Shown here: positions 43,832-56,381 of the stretch, one piece after another | Layout of the letters: each line of letters opens with the position of its first letter | Numbering within the stretch: the stretch's first letter is position 1 | Assembly (NCBI GenBank): GCA_963782055.1 | Contig: CAWAIF010000003.1 | Coordinates: forward strand, 4,992,001-5,056,000 | From: an uncultured delta proteobacterium | Lineage (GTDB): Bacteria > Myxococcota_A > Polyangia > Polyangiales > Polyangiaceae | Direction: 5' to 3' | Length of the DNA: 64,000 nucleotides | The notes under the pieces: model-generated | What the model was told of the DNA's origin: nothing | Database searches by the model: none | Seen by the model: only the letters and a program-made list of their open reading frames with translations | Position numbers and translations under genes: made by a program

Positions 43832-44025
43832 CCTGGCGTCCGCAGGTCGCCGGCGGCGACGCCGAGTGGCACCGAACGCTCGAGATACCGTTCGGCTTGT
43901 GATGACTGCGGCCACTCCGGCCGCACCCTCCGCGTGCCGTATCGCGCGGCGGTCGGACCCCGGCCGCGCTCCACGTCGTGTGCTCGCGTCGTCGCGACGC
44001 CGGTGGCGCGCGACGCCTCGGGGGC

Positions 44026-44769
44026 TCACGACGCGTCGCTCAAAAACTTTCGCATCAGTGTCTTGCGCTCGCCGGAGTCGAAGACAATCTCGACTTTGTC
44101 GCCATCGGCTCTCACCACGGTGCCCGCGCCGAACTTCGGGTGACGAAGGCGCACGACGGGCGCGGCGCGCGGGCGATCGTCGACGACACGCACGACGAAC
44201 GACTCGTCGATGGCCCGCGCGTCGTTCGCCGCCGCGTCGAGCGCGCGAAGCCAGCGCTCGCTGCGACCGTAGCGCCGGGCGAGCCGCTCGCGGACGAACG
44301 CGGACAGCTTCGTCGGCGGCGACGCGCTCGACGCGTCGACGGCGCGCACGTCCGGGTCGCCTTCGCGCATCGCCTTGCGCGACGTGCAGAGGAGCGTGTC
44401 GAAGCCGAGCATCGCGCCCGGCGCCATCGCCTCTTCTGCGAACGAGCCGACCGCCAGCCACCCGCGCGGCGCGCCGAACTCGCCGGCGCAGTCGCGCGTG
44501 GGCGCCGCGAGCGACGCGATGTGGAGCCCGGTCGCGCGAACCAGCAGCGGGACGCGCAGCACCGCGAGCGTCACGACGTCGAACGGCAGCACCACGTCCA
44601 CATCGCGCTCGATGCCCTGGAGGTACACGAGGCTCGCCTCGCGCGCTTCGGGTGCGAGCTCCGCGCGGCTCTCGGGCACGTGCTCCGAGAGCGCGCGAAG
44701 GAGCCGGAGGACGAGCGCCAGCCCGTCGCTCGGGGGCAGCGGTCCCTCGCGCAGTGGCTCGGCGCTCAC
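44026..44769 (-). CDS. Hypothetical protein with C-terminal PcrA/UvrD-type Tudor-like domain
   Basis: RLRHPKFGAGTVV...KVEIVFDSGERKTLMRKFL; GTG start with TATGCT 7 nt upstream. Confidence 0.65.
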   Translation of the reverse strand: MSAEPLREGPLPPSDGLALVLRLLRALSEHVPESRAELAPEAREASLVYLQGIERDVDVVLPFDVVTLAVLRVPLLVRATGLHIASLAAPTRDCAGEFGAPRGWLAVGSFAEEAMAPGAMLGFDTLLCTSRKAMREGDPDVRAVDASSASPPTKLSAFVRERLARRYGRSERWLRALDAAANDARAIDESFVVRVVDDRPRAAPVVRLRHPKFGAGTVVRADGDKVEIVFDSGERKTLMRKFLSDAS

Positions 44770-44950
44770 GCACCCGAGCATACCGCGGGTCGGTTCACCC
44801 GCGAAGCCAGCGCATCACCGCGCGATCGCGCTGGCGTGTCCCGTGCTCATCCTCCTACGACTGGAGCCGATCTCGAGGCGTCCACACGTCTGGGGGATAC
44901 CGGTCGTCGTCAGCATCGGCGTCGCCGGGTCTGGCCTCGGGAGCCCGCGT

Positions 44951-46718
44951 TCAGAGCGCGAGCGGGTGCGGGTAGACGAACGGGACGTATCCAGGCTTCG
45001 GCACGCCGTTGTAGAAGTCTCGATTCTCGACGATGTGGAGCGTCGTGCGATCGGCGCCGCCGTCCGGGACCGTCCCGTACCCCCCGACCACCAGAAAGCC
45101 GCCGACCGTCCCGAGAAAATCGTTACCCCAGGAGTACGTCGGCGAAAGCTCCTGGTTCGTCGTCCTGCCCGTCTGGTCCTTGCACGGGTAGCCCTGCATC
45201 CCCTGAAAGTCACCGTCCACGGCGCCGTCGACGTGCGGCAGGCCATTGCAGAACGAGGCGTTGGCGGTGTCGGCGCCGGCGCCGAAGAAGCCATCGCTGC
45301 TGCGGTAGTTTCTCAGCTGCAGGAACGCGTTGTACGTGCCGTATTGCTGTGTCGCCCCGGGGCCGTTGGAGATCTTGTTGTCGAACACCACGCCCGACCC
45401 GGAGCGCGACTCGCACAGGAGACCGTGCGGATAGTCGGGCTCCGTCTCGCCCGTGGGCGAGCTGTTGACCATCGTGTTGTCGTAGATCTCGTACTGCATG
45501 GTCCCGCGGATGCTGCTGTCGAAGCCATGCCACCCGAGGTTTTGCCCGAACACCTTGCTGTGGCGCAGCACGAGGCGCGCGCCTTCGTAGGCGTCCTCGG
45601 GGCCGTTCGCGGTGTTCGGCATGTCGAACGTGTCGTCCTCGAGGAAGAGAGCGCCCGCCGTTCCGAGGCTCGGCGGCCTCGCCCACGAGTCGTTCGGGTC
45701 GCTCGTGCGCTGCGTCGTGTCTCCGACGATCGCGACCTCGGTCACGGACCCGGCGGTCTTGGACTTGCTGAAGTAGTCGTGATCGATCAGGCCGTACACG
45801 GCGTAGACGTGCATCCCGTAGGTCTGGAGGTTGACGAAGTTCGCGTGATCGACGCGCACGATCGCGCCGACGTCGCCGCCGACCTGCACGGCGCCGGTGC
45901 CGGACTTGGTGTTCTGCGCGCCGTCGAAGGTGAACCCGGTCACGCGGACGGACTTGCCGGCGGGTATCGCGACGGCCAGGGCGTACCCGCCGCTCAGCGT
46001 GTACTGGATCGTCGTGACGTCGACGCCGGCGCCGGCGAGGGTGACGGCCTTGCCCGTCGCCGGCTTGGTGGTCGAGGGTTGCGCCCCGATGGTGACGGCC
46101 TTCGTCCAGGTGCACGTGCCGGCGGGTACCTGGACGGTGTCCCCGTCCTTGGCCTGGTCGAGCGCCGACTGCACGTCGGCCGAGGAGCAGCTCGCCGCCT
46201 GGATGGTGTTGCCCGCGACGAGCCCGGAGAGATCGTAGCCGGATTCGATCCGGGCGGCACTTGAGCGTGCCGGACGCGTATCCCGGGACCATGAGCGTGG
46301 TCATCGAGCCGAGATCCGCGCCGTCGCAGGCCTCGCCCGCCTCCATCACCCCGTTGGCCGACGGGCCGGCCATGGCGGCCTTCGTCTGGAAGAGCGCGTC
46401 GACGACCGTGTCGGCGGCGACGGTGATCGTGCACGTCGGCGACGATCCCGAGCACGCGCCGCCCCAGTTCAAGAAGACCGAGTCGCTGCTCGGCGTGGCG
46501 GTGAGGGTGATCGAGTCGCCGACGGCGAGGCCCGACTGGCTCGCGCGCTTGCAGGTCGTGTCGCAGGAGATCGACCCACCGGTGACGAGGCCGGAGCCCT
46601 CGTACGATTTCTCGAGGGTGACCGTGAGGCCCGATACGCCGCCGTCAGGCGGCGTTGACGAGCCGGAGTTGCCGCAAGCCGCGAGGAGCAGGACCACGAG
46701 GCAGGCCGTTCGCCGCAT
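44951..46718 (-). pseudogene. Lipoprotein (InlB-B-like repeat + Cys-rich repeat + beta-helix domain) split by a +1 frameshift near 46244-46247 (real or sequencing error)
   Basis: LAAC lipobox; LTATPSSDSVFLNWGGACSG; NGVMEAGEACDGADLG...GTLKCRPD continues in another frame as SGYDLSGLVAGNTIQAASCS..VQSALDQAKDGDTVQVPAG. Confidence 0.75.
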
Positions 46719-46857
46719 TCTCCCTCCGTATCACGGTCCCCCGGCGGCCTCTGGTTACTTGTGGTTACATGCCCCAGCGCGCGGGAGGGGTGCACGACCG
46801 AAGCGCAGCGGTCGTGGTGTAGTGAACCCGGGGGGGCACAGCCGATGGAGGTCCGAG

Positions 46858-49800
46858 GTGGCGCAACGGTTCGAGCTGGTCGACGGGAAGTCGTCGAAGT
46901 TCTGGGAGGTGGAGCTCGTGGGGAGCGAGCTGCACGTGGCGTGGGGACGCATCGGCACCCGCGGCCAGTCTCAGGTGAAGCCTTTCGCCGACGAGGCAAC
47001 GGCGAGGGCGGCGCGAGACAAGCTGATCGCGACGAAGAAGGACAAGGGGTACGCGGCGGTGGGGGCCGACACGAAGGACGCCCCCGCGAAGAGCCCCGCA
47101 GCGAAGAGCCCCGCAGCGAAGAGCCCCCCCGCGAAGAGCCCCGCAGCGAAGGGCCCCGCAGCGAAGACCGGGCGTGCCGCTCCGACGAGCCCGGCGCCCG
47201 GGAGTGCCACCAGCGCCGGGCCCATCCCGCAGACGCCAGCAGACGACGCGCGCCCGGCACTGCCGGACGAGGACACGTTCGTCCTGCCGGATGCCTGGGC
47301 CAGACGTGTCCACCCGTGGCGCGGGCGCCGGAGCGACGGCGGCGCGACGACTCTGAACGGCAGCAGTTGCTACCGCAAGCTCCACACGCAATACGTGAAG
47401 ATGCAGCCCAAGGTGCAGGCGGCCTTCGGCAGGAAGACCGGCCGCCCCGACCTGCTCCGACGCATCGACGCGCTGCTCGGCACCACCGAGACGCACGTGC
47501 CGGACGACGTGGAGCTCGAAGCGGCTGCCGCCGTCGTCGTCGCGTACCCGGAGGCCGACAGGCGGAACAAGCCGGCCCACATCGTCGACTACTGGGTCGC
47601 CGCCGCCGGATACGTCTTCGCCACCGACGCGGCGCTCGAAGCGCTCGGCTTCGCGATGAACATCGTCTACGAGCTCGGCCGACCTCCGGAGGTCACCGGC
47701 CCGAAGTGGCGCAAGGAGGATGTCACGGTCCTCGCGCGGCTGCGCGAGCTCCTCGCCCAGGCGGACGAGGCCGACTACCTCGCGGCGCGTGACGCCGCAG
47801 CCGCGCGACGCGCGGGCGGCGACCGCATCGTGCGCGTCGCCACCTCGTACCTCTTTCCCACCGAGCAGGGCTGGGTGGAGGCCGACGTGGACCTGCTCTC
47901 CCAGGGCCGGACGACCGATTCCCGGGAGGTGGCCCTGGTCGCGTCGGTGATGCGCTTCGATCAGCTCGAGCGGCTCGGCGTCATCGCGCAGCCGCGCGGC
48001 ATCGTCGTCCAGACCTACGGTCTGCCCGACTGGCTGCCCTCCGTCGCCGCGGGGCTGGGGGCCGAGGCGGCCCGGGCGTGCAACGTCTGGCTCGACACGG
48101 CGTACGTCGACGCCGCCACGAAGCGTCGTCTGCTCGAATGCCTCGCCTTCATCCCGAGCGACGAGGCGATGGCCTGCCTCATCGATCGGCTCGACGAGCA
48201 ATACGTCCTGCCCGCCCTCACCGAGGCGACCGACCGCTTCCCCCGCCGCGCCCTCCGGCTGCTCGGCGCGCGCACGACCGACGGTGGCAAGGTCCACGAC
48301 AAGGCGCGCTCGCTCCTCGAGGCGGTGGCCCGGAGGTGGCCGCAGGCATTCGACGCCGTCCGCCCGGAGCTGCCCGAGACCGCGATCGCGGCCGTCGACG
48401 CCGCCGCCGAAGCGCACGCGCGAAGGCCCGACGCGCCCGCCGAGCTCCTTCCGAAGGTCCTGGTCTCGCCCGCCTGGACGTCCGGCAAGAAGGCGCCGAA
48501 GGCCGCGACCGTCACGGGCCTCCACGTGCTGCCCTACGAGGCCCGCATGACGTGGGAGGAGGGCGAGGAGGCGGCCTGGGCCAAGCGGCGCGCCTACTAC
48601 ATCCCGCCGGGCATCAAGGAGTGGACCCCGGCGAAGTGGAAGGACATGCACCAGGCGATCCGGACGGGCAAGATGCGGCCCTTCGAGGCGGGCCAGCTCC
48701 TCGTGCTCGGCCCGGAGGACGTGGCGCGCGCAGCGCTGGGCGACTGGGTGCCGGGCGACCCCTGGCACACGAGGCAGTGGATGGCGTCTATCGTGGCGCG
48801 GCACGGGATCGACGCGCTCGCGCCGCTCACGGCCTTCGCCGCAAGCTCGCTCAAGGACGCCGTCCAGTTCTTCGGGCCCTTCGACGCGCCGGCGCTCGCG
48901 CCCTGGGCCGCTCAGGCCCACGCAGGTCTCAAGTCGGCCCGGGCAGACGCCCAGGCGTGGCTCGTTCGCCACCCGGAGGCGGCGACGGTCGGCCTCTTGC
49001 CCGACGCCGTCGGCGGCTGGCCGAGCAAGGCGCGCGACACGGCCGAAGCCGCGCTCCGCTTCCTCGCCCAGCACGGACATCACGACGTGGTGATGGCCGT
49101 CGCCCGGCGCTACGGCGAGCCGGCGGCCGCGGCCGTCGAGCAAACGCTGTCGATGGACCCGCTCGACCTCCTGCCGGCGAAGATGCCCACGATGCCGGCG
49201 TTCTGGAACCCGAGCGCCCTGCCCCCTCCCCTGCTCCACGATCGCTCGCACCAGCTGCCGAACGCGGCCATCGAGCACCTCGGGACGATGCTCGCGATCT
49301 CTCCACCGGGCGAGGCCTATGCGGGCCTCGAGATCGTGAAAGAGGCGTGCGACGGGCCCTCCCTCGCGCGGTTCGCCTGGGCTCTGTTCGAGGCATGGCG
49401 AGCGGCGGGCACGCCGTCCAAGGAGAGCTGGGCCTTCACCGCGCTGGGCGTCCTGGGCGACGACGAGACCGCCCGCTCCCTCGCACCCATCATCCGCAAG
49501 TGGCCCGGCGAAGGAGGGCACGCGCGCGCCGTCATGGGGCTCGACGTGCTCGCCGCCATCGGCTCCGACGTGGCGCTGATGCACCTCTTCGGCATCGCGC
49601 AGCGCGTGAAGTTCAAGGCGCTCAAGGAGCGGGCGCGCGACAAGATCCAGGAGATCGCGCGGGCCCGCGACCTGACGCCGGAGGAGCTCGCCGATCGGCT
49701 GGTGCCGGACCTGGGCCTCGACGAAGGCGGCTCGATGGTCCTCGACTACGGCGAGCGCGCCTTCACGGTGGGCTTCGACGAGCACCTCAAGCCCTTCGTC

Positions 49801-50628
49801 CTGGACGCTTCGGGCAAGCCCCTCAAGGTGCTGCCCAAGCCCGGCAAGCAGGACGACCCGGACAAGGCACCCGCCGCGTACGACGCCTTCGGCGCGTTGA
49901 AGAAGGACGCCCGGACCGTGGCGAAGGACCAGCTCTTGCGTCTCGAGCTGGCGATGTGCGGGCAGCGCCGGTGGCCGGCCTCCCTGTTCCGGCAGTTCTT
50001 CGTCGCCCATCCGCTCCTCATCCACCTCGTGCGGCGTCTCGTGTGGGCGACCTACGACGGCGACGGGCGGGTCGAGGCGACGTTCCGGGTCGTCGAGGAC
50101 AGCTCCTTCGCCGACGCGAACGACGAAGCCTTCACCCTCGACGAGAGCGCGACGGTCGGCATCCCCCACAGGCTCGACCTCGACGGGGCGGTCGCTGCGC
50201 GGTGGGGGGACGTCTTCGGCGACTACGAGATCCTGCAGCCCTTCGTCCAGCTCGGTCGCGACATCCACGCGCCGACGAGCGACGAGAAGAAGGCGACCAG
50301 CATCGCGCGGGTCAGCGGCACCACGATCCCCACCGGCAAGGTCCTCGGCCTCGAGACGCGGGGCTGGCGACGCGGCACGCCGCAGGACGCCGGCATCGTC
50401 GGCTGGGTCGAGAAGGAGCTGCGGGGAGGTCACCGGGCCTACCTCGCGCTCGAGCCGGGCATCTTCACCGGCTACATCGAGGAGTCCCCGGAGCAGAAGC
50501 TGGGCGAGGTGTACGTGGGCTCGGGCGACCATGTGGTCTGGAACCATGAGGGCACGGTGCCGATCGGCGACCTCGACCCGGTCGTCTTCAGCGAGCTGGT
50601 GCGTGACCTGGCGCAGCTCACGGAGTGA
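46858..50628 (+). CDS. WGR-domain + DUF4132 (MolR-like) protein
   Basis: SSKFWEV...WGRIGTRGQ...KGY; ELADRLVPDLGLD, RLELAM...RRW, HPLL..LVRRLVW, DYEILQPF.QL.R; GTG start with GGAGG SD. Confidence 0.9.
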   Translation: MAQRFELVDGKSSKFWEVELVGSELHVAWGRIGTRGQSQVKPFADEATARAARDKLIATKKDKGYAAVGADTKDAPAKSPAAKSPAAKSPPAKSPAAKGPAAKTGRAAPTSPAPGSATSAGPIPQTPADDARPALPDEDTFVLPDAWARRVHPWRGRRSDGGATTLNGSSCYRKLHTQYVKMQPKVQAAFGRKTGRPDLLRRIDALLGTTETHVPDDVELEAAAAVVVAYPEADRRNKPAHIVDYWVAAAGYVFATDAALEALGFAMNIVYELGRPPEVTGPKWRKEDVTVLARLRELLAQADEADYLAARDAAAARRAGGDRIVRVATSYLFPTEQGWVEADVDLLSQGRTTDSREVALVASVMRFDQLERLGVIAQPRGIVVQTYGLPDWLPSVAAGLGAEAARACNVWLDTAYVDAATKRRLLECLAFIPSDEAMACLIDRLDEQYVLPALTEATDRFPRRALRLLGARTTDGGKVHDKARSLLEAVARRWPQAFDAVRPELPETAIAAVDAAAEAHARRPDAPAELLPKVLVSPAWTSGKKAPKAATVTGLHVLPYEARMTWEEGEEAAWAKRRAYYIPPGIKEWTPAKWKDMHQAIRTGKMRPFEAGQLLVLGPEDVARAALGDWVPGDPWHTRQWMASIVARHGIDALAPLTAFAASSLKDAVQFFGPFDAPALAPWAAQAHAGLKSARADAQAWLVRHPEAATVGLLPDAVGGWPSKARDTAEAALRFLAQHGHHDVVMAVARRYGEPAAAAVEQTLSMDPLDLLPAKMPTMPAFWNPSALPPPLLHDRSHQLPNAAIEHLGTMLAISPPGEAYAGLEIVKEACDGPSLARFAWALFEAWRAAGTPSKESWAFTALGVLGDDETARSLAPIIRKWPGEGGHARAVMGLDVLAAIGSDVALMHLFGIAQRVKFKALKERARDKIQEIARARDLTPEELADRLVPDLGLDEGGSMVLDYGERAFTVGFDEHLKPFVLDASGKPLKVLPKPGKQDDPDKAPAAYDAFGALKKDARTVAKDQLLRLELAMCGQRRWPASLFRQFFVAHPLLIHLVRRLVWATYDGDGRVEATFRVVEDSSFADANDEAFTLDESATVGIPHRLDLDGAVAARWGDVFGDYEILQPFVQLGRDIHAPTSDEKKATSIARVSGTTIPTGKVLGLETRGWRRGTPQDAGIVGWVEKELRGGHRAYLALEPGIFTGYIEESPEQKLGEVYVGSGDHVVWNHEGTVPIGDLDPVVFSELVRDLAQLTE
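47086..47167 (+). repeat. 15-bp coding tandem repeat (about 5.5 units, AKSPA)
   Basis: GCGAAGAGCCCCGCA units at 47086, 47101, 47116 (variant), 47131, 47146 (variant). Confidence 0.9.
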
Positions 50629-50729
50629 TCGCGGCGCCACGGTTGTTCGCGCCCGATCGCGCTGGCGTCCCGCCGGTGACGGATAGGCGGCGCGCTTGGT
50701 TAAGCGGGCCCGCCGGCGAGCCGTAGTCC

Positions 50730-51886
50730 ATGCAGGAGGCCACGGCGATGCGGCTCGAGACGCGGATGTACACAAGGGCGGCAGGCTGGTCCGCGCCGCT
50801 GCCCGCCGAGCTGGACTCGGAGGCCACGGTGGTCCTGGCCTTCGGCGCCCCCTCCTTCCGCGACGCCCCGGCGGCCCTGGGCGAGCTGCGCCGCGCGCTG
50901 CCGCGCTCCCGCGCGCTCGGATGCTCCACGGCGGGGGAGATCCTCCAGGACCGCATCCACGACGAGTCGCTGGTGGTCGCGATCGCGCGCTTCGACGCGG
51001 TGCGCGCCCGTACGGCGTCCGCACCCATCGCGCCCGGGAAGGCCTCCTTCGCGGCGGGGCAGGCACTCGCCGGGCAGCTCGCCGCACCTGGCCTGCGCGC
51101 CGTCTTCGTGCTGAGCGAAGGACTTGCAGTCAACGGGAGCGAGCTGGTGCGCGGCCTCCAGGTGGGTCTCCCCGCGGGCACCAGCGTCACCGGGGGTCTC
51201 GCGGCGGACGGGACGAGCTTCGGCCGGACGTGGGTGCTGGACGGAGAGGGTCCCGCGTCTCACCGCGCGGTGGCGCTCGGCCTGTACGGCGACCGCCTGC
51301 TCACCACCCACGGGTCGAAGGGCGGCTGGGACATCTTCGGGCTGGAGCGGCGGGTCACTCGCTCCGCGGGCAACGTGCTCTACGAGCTGGACGGCAAGCC
51401 GGCGCTGGCGCTCTACAAGGACTACCTCGGAGATCGTGCCACGGGCCTGCCCGCCACGGCGTTGCTCTTCCCGCTGGCCGTGCGGGCGCGGACCGGCGAC
51501 GAGAAACATCTCGTGCGCACGGTGCTCGCGGTGGACGAGGAGGAGCAGTCGCTCACCTTCGCCGGGGACATCCCCGAAGGGTGCCTCGCGCAGCTCATGC
51601 GAGCGAACTTCGACCGGCTGATCGACGGGGCGCACGGGGCCGCGAAGCTCGCGCAGGTGCAGGAGGGCGACGGCCCGGTGCTCCTGGTCGCCATCAGCTG
51701 CGTCGGCCGGCGCCTGGTGCTGGGGGAGCGCACCGAAGAAGAGGTGGAGGCCACCCTGGACGTGCTGCCGCGGCCCGCGACGCGGCAGGTCGGCTTCTAC
51801 TCGTACGGGGAGATCTCCCCCTTCGCCGCCGGTGGCTGCGACCTGCACAATCAGACGATGACCCTCACCACCTTCTCGGAGCGCTG

Positions 51887-51887
<1 letters not shown>
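50730..51887 (+). CDS. FIST N/C domain sensor (NosP-like)
   Basis: GCSTAGEI, VNGSELV, GGLAAD, ISCVGRR, GFYSYGEI, LHNQTMT. Confidence 0.92.
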
Positions 51888-53935
<2,048 letters not shown>

Positions 53936-54007
53936 AGGCGCTTGCACGCGGGTGGAAGCCGCGCCGCCCCCTTTCCCTGCCGGCGGGGCTCAGGCTAGGC
54001 TCCGCCA

Positions 54008-54601
54008 ATGCCCCGAGCGACGCTCCTCTTCGCCGCCGCCGTCCTCACCGTCGCCGCGTGCGCGAAGGACCCGCCCGGGACGGTCGCGCCGCCGGCGTCG
54101 ACCACCACCAGCCCGCCTCCGAGCGCTGGCGGCGGCGGGTGCGGCGAGCTCGGCGGCGCGTGCTCGCCGGAGGGCGCGTCGTGCTCGCCGCAGCCGATCG
54201 GTGGCGGATGGTCGCACGCGCTCCGTTGCAGCGGCGGCCGGTGGACCGAGCTCGAGATCGCGCCGCTGCCGCCGCCCCACCCGTCCACGACGTCGCCGCT
54301 CTCGCGGAGCGCGTCCGGCTCCGCGCACGCAACCCGCTCGCTCCCGAAGCTCGACGCCTCGTGCAACGCGGACGCCGATTGTGTGGTCTTCGACGAGGAG
54401 CTCGCGGACGCCCCTCCGACGACGTACGCGTGCTGCGGGGGCTGTACGCAACGCGCCGCGAGCAAGACGTGGCACGAGCGGTTTCGGGCGGCGTGCGCGG
54501 CCGCGCCGCCGCCGATGTGCCCGCCGATGGGTTGCGCGCAGCTGCCCGTGCGCGCGGCGTGCGTCGCGCACCGCTGCAAGGTCGTTCCCGCGGGGAAGTG
54601 A
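54008..54601 (+). CDS. Cys-rich lipoprotein
   Basis: VAAC lipobox; CNADADC, CCGGC, CPPMGC, CVAHRC. Confidence 0.75.
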   Translation: MPRATLLFAAAVLTVAACAKDPPGTVAPPASTTTSPPPSAGGGGCGELGGACSPEGASCSPQPIGGGWSHALRCSGGRWTELEIAPLPPPHPSTTSPLSRSASGSAHATRSLPKLDASCNADADCVVFDEELADAPPTTYACCGGCTQRAASKTWHERFRAACAAAPPPMCPPMGCAQLPVRAACVAHRCKVVPAGK

Positions 54602-54754
54602 TTTCGGTCGACGGAGGCCGCTCGGACGACCCGGGCGCGGGCGCGGGTCCAGCGGCTACGGCCGAGGTGCCCCGGACGCCCCACCAGCCCCACTGGAGGG
54701 CGACGTTTTTCGTAACCCGGCCGCGCTGCCTCCCCACTGCGACCGGGAGAAACC

Positions 54755-55594
54755 ATGCGACGCCTCATCTACCTGTGCGCCTTCGGCGTGACTCTGCTGG
54801 GCTGCTACCTCGGCAACAGCGCTACGACGGGGGATCCTCGAGGGGGCGGGACGACGCCATACGACGGCGGAGGCGGCTCCTCCCTGCCCGGGGACGTGCC
54901 CTGCGACGTGGCGAGCGCGGTGGAGCTCTGCCAGGCGTGCCACGGCCCGACGCCGGCCGGGGGCGCGGCGATCTCCCTCGCTTCGTACGCGGACCTCACG
55001 GCTGACTCCCCGCAGTACCCTGGCCAGACGGAGGCGCAGCGCGCCGTCGCCCGCATGCAAGGCAACCCGTCGGCGATGCCGCCGGCGCCGGCCTCCCCCC
55101 CGCCGCAGGCGAACATCGACGCGCTCAACACCTGGATCGCCGCGGGGTACCCCAAGGGCACCTGCGGGGGAGCGCAGTCGGTGTGCACGAGCGGCAGGAC
55201 CGTGACCCTCAACGAGGGCCGGGACATGCAACCGGGAGCGGCGTGCATCACCTGCCACCAGGGCTCGGGGGGCGAGGCGCGGATCTACACGTTCATGGGC
55301 ACGGTCTATCCCACCCTGCACGAGCCGGACAACTGCGCCGGCGCGTCCTCCTCGTCGTACGCCGGCGCGCAGGTCACGGTCATCGACGCGCACGGCAACA
55401 CCTTCTCCATGACGCCAAACAGCAGCGGCAACTTCATGGGCTCGCCGACCTCCTTCACGATGCCCTTCACCGCGAAGGTCACCTACCAGGGCCGCGAGAT
55501 CGACATGACGACGCCGCAGACCAGCGGCGACTGCAACGCGTGCCACACCGAGCAAGGCGCGAGCAGCGCCCCGGGGCGGGTCGTGCTGCCGTGA
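54755..55594 (+). CDS. Triheme c-type cytochrome lipoprotein
   Basis: LLGC lipobox; CQACH (+MPP), CITCH, CNACH. Confidence 0.9.
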   Translation: MRRLIYLCAFGVTLLGCYLGNSATTGDPRGGGTTPYDGGGGSSLPGDVPCDVASAVELCQACHGPTPAGGAAISLASYADLTADSPQYPGQTEAQRAVARMQGNPSAMPPAPASPPPQANIDALNTWIAAGYPKGTCGGAQSVCTSGRTVTLNEGRDMQPGAACITCHQGSGGEARIYTFMGTVYPTLHEPDNCAGASSSSYAGAQVTVIDAHGNTFSMTPNSSGNFMGSPTSFTMPFTAKVTYQGREIDMTTPQTSGDCNACHTEQGASSAPGRVVLP

Positions 55595-55634
55595 GCTGAG
55601 GCCAGGGCTCCGCGGCTCGTTCGGGGGCGCTCTG

Positions 55635-56381
55635 CTAGTGCTTCTTCTCGAACTTGTCGGTGTAGATGCTGACGTAGATCCCCTTGTGCGGGACCGCCGG
55701 CGGGATCTCCACCGCGACGAGCACCTTGCCGACCTTGCGCACCTCGGTCGTCGACGGACCGCCGATACGCCAGCCGTTCGTGGCCAAGGAGAGCGGGTAC
55801 TTCGCCTTCGCGCTCAGGCCGCGCACGTAGTCGTAGAGTCCCCCTTCGATCTGCGCCTCGTCGCCGTCGTTCTTCAGCAAGCTGGCGAGCTCGATCGTCG
55901 CCGCGAGCATCGCGGGCTTGTCCCCCGGATCGGTCGGCTTGATCGTCGAGATCCAGGCGAAGCGATCGCCGCCGCGCTTGCCCACCGCGAGCGCGGAGAG
56001 CTCGACGTTCTTCTGCAGCGACTGCGCCGCCGGAAAATCGTCGGAGAGGCCGATGCTGAAGCCGAGGTAGCTGCCGGCGTCGTCGAGCGAGCCGTCGCGC
56101 TCGCCCTTGTCGAAGCCATCGGCGAGGCACCACAGGCGGTTCGGGCCCGTCTTCGTGGGGCAGCCGGCGGCCTTCGAGAGGGCGCTCATCAGACGGGGGA
56201 CGATGGCCTGATCGGTGATCGGGGCGACGGTCGCGGTCGCGGTCGCCGTCGCCGCCGTCGCGGTCGCGATGCTGGTCGTGCCGCCGCCGTCGCTTGCGTG
56301 CTTGTGGCCCTTGCAGGCGAGCACGCCGGCGAGCAGGAGGGTGGCGGCAGCCGTGACCGACAGGCGCTCGGGAATGCTCAT
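55635..56381 (-). CDS. Hypothetical lipoprotein
   Basis: VLAC lipobox, Thr/Ala linker; ATGA overlap with the lipocalin stop. Confidence 0.8.
   Translation of the reverse strand: MSIPERLSVTAAATLLLAGVLACKGHKHASDGGGTTSIATATAATATATATVAPITDQAIVPRLMSALSKAAGCPTKTGPNRLWCLADGFDKGERDGSLDDAGSYLGFSIGLSDDFPAAQSLQKNVELSALAVGKRGGDRFAWISTIKPTDPGDKPAMLAATIELASLLKNDGDEAQIEGGLYDYVRGLSAKAKYPLSLATNGWRIGGPSTTEVRKVGKVLVAVEIPPAVPHKGIYVSIYTDKFEKKH

Noticed and set aside
46752..46768. TGGTTAC direct repeat (10-bp period) in a divergent promoter
   Set aside because: Only two 7-mers; too weak to call without comparative data.
46261..46857. N-terminal extension of the 1455-aa ORF
   Set aside because: It is antisense to the lipoprotein gene; the WGR domain and SD support GTG 46858.
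47086..47167. Possible CRISPR-like repeat
   Set aside because: Direct tandem 15-mers without spacers, in frame inside a CDS; no cas genes in the window.
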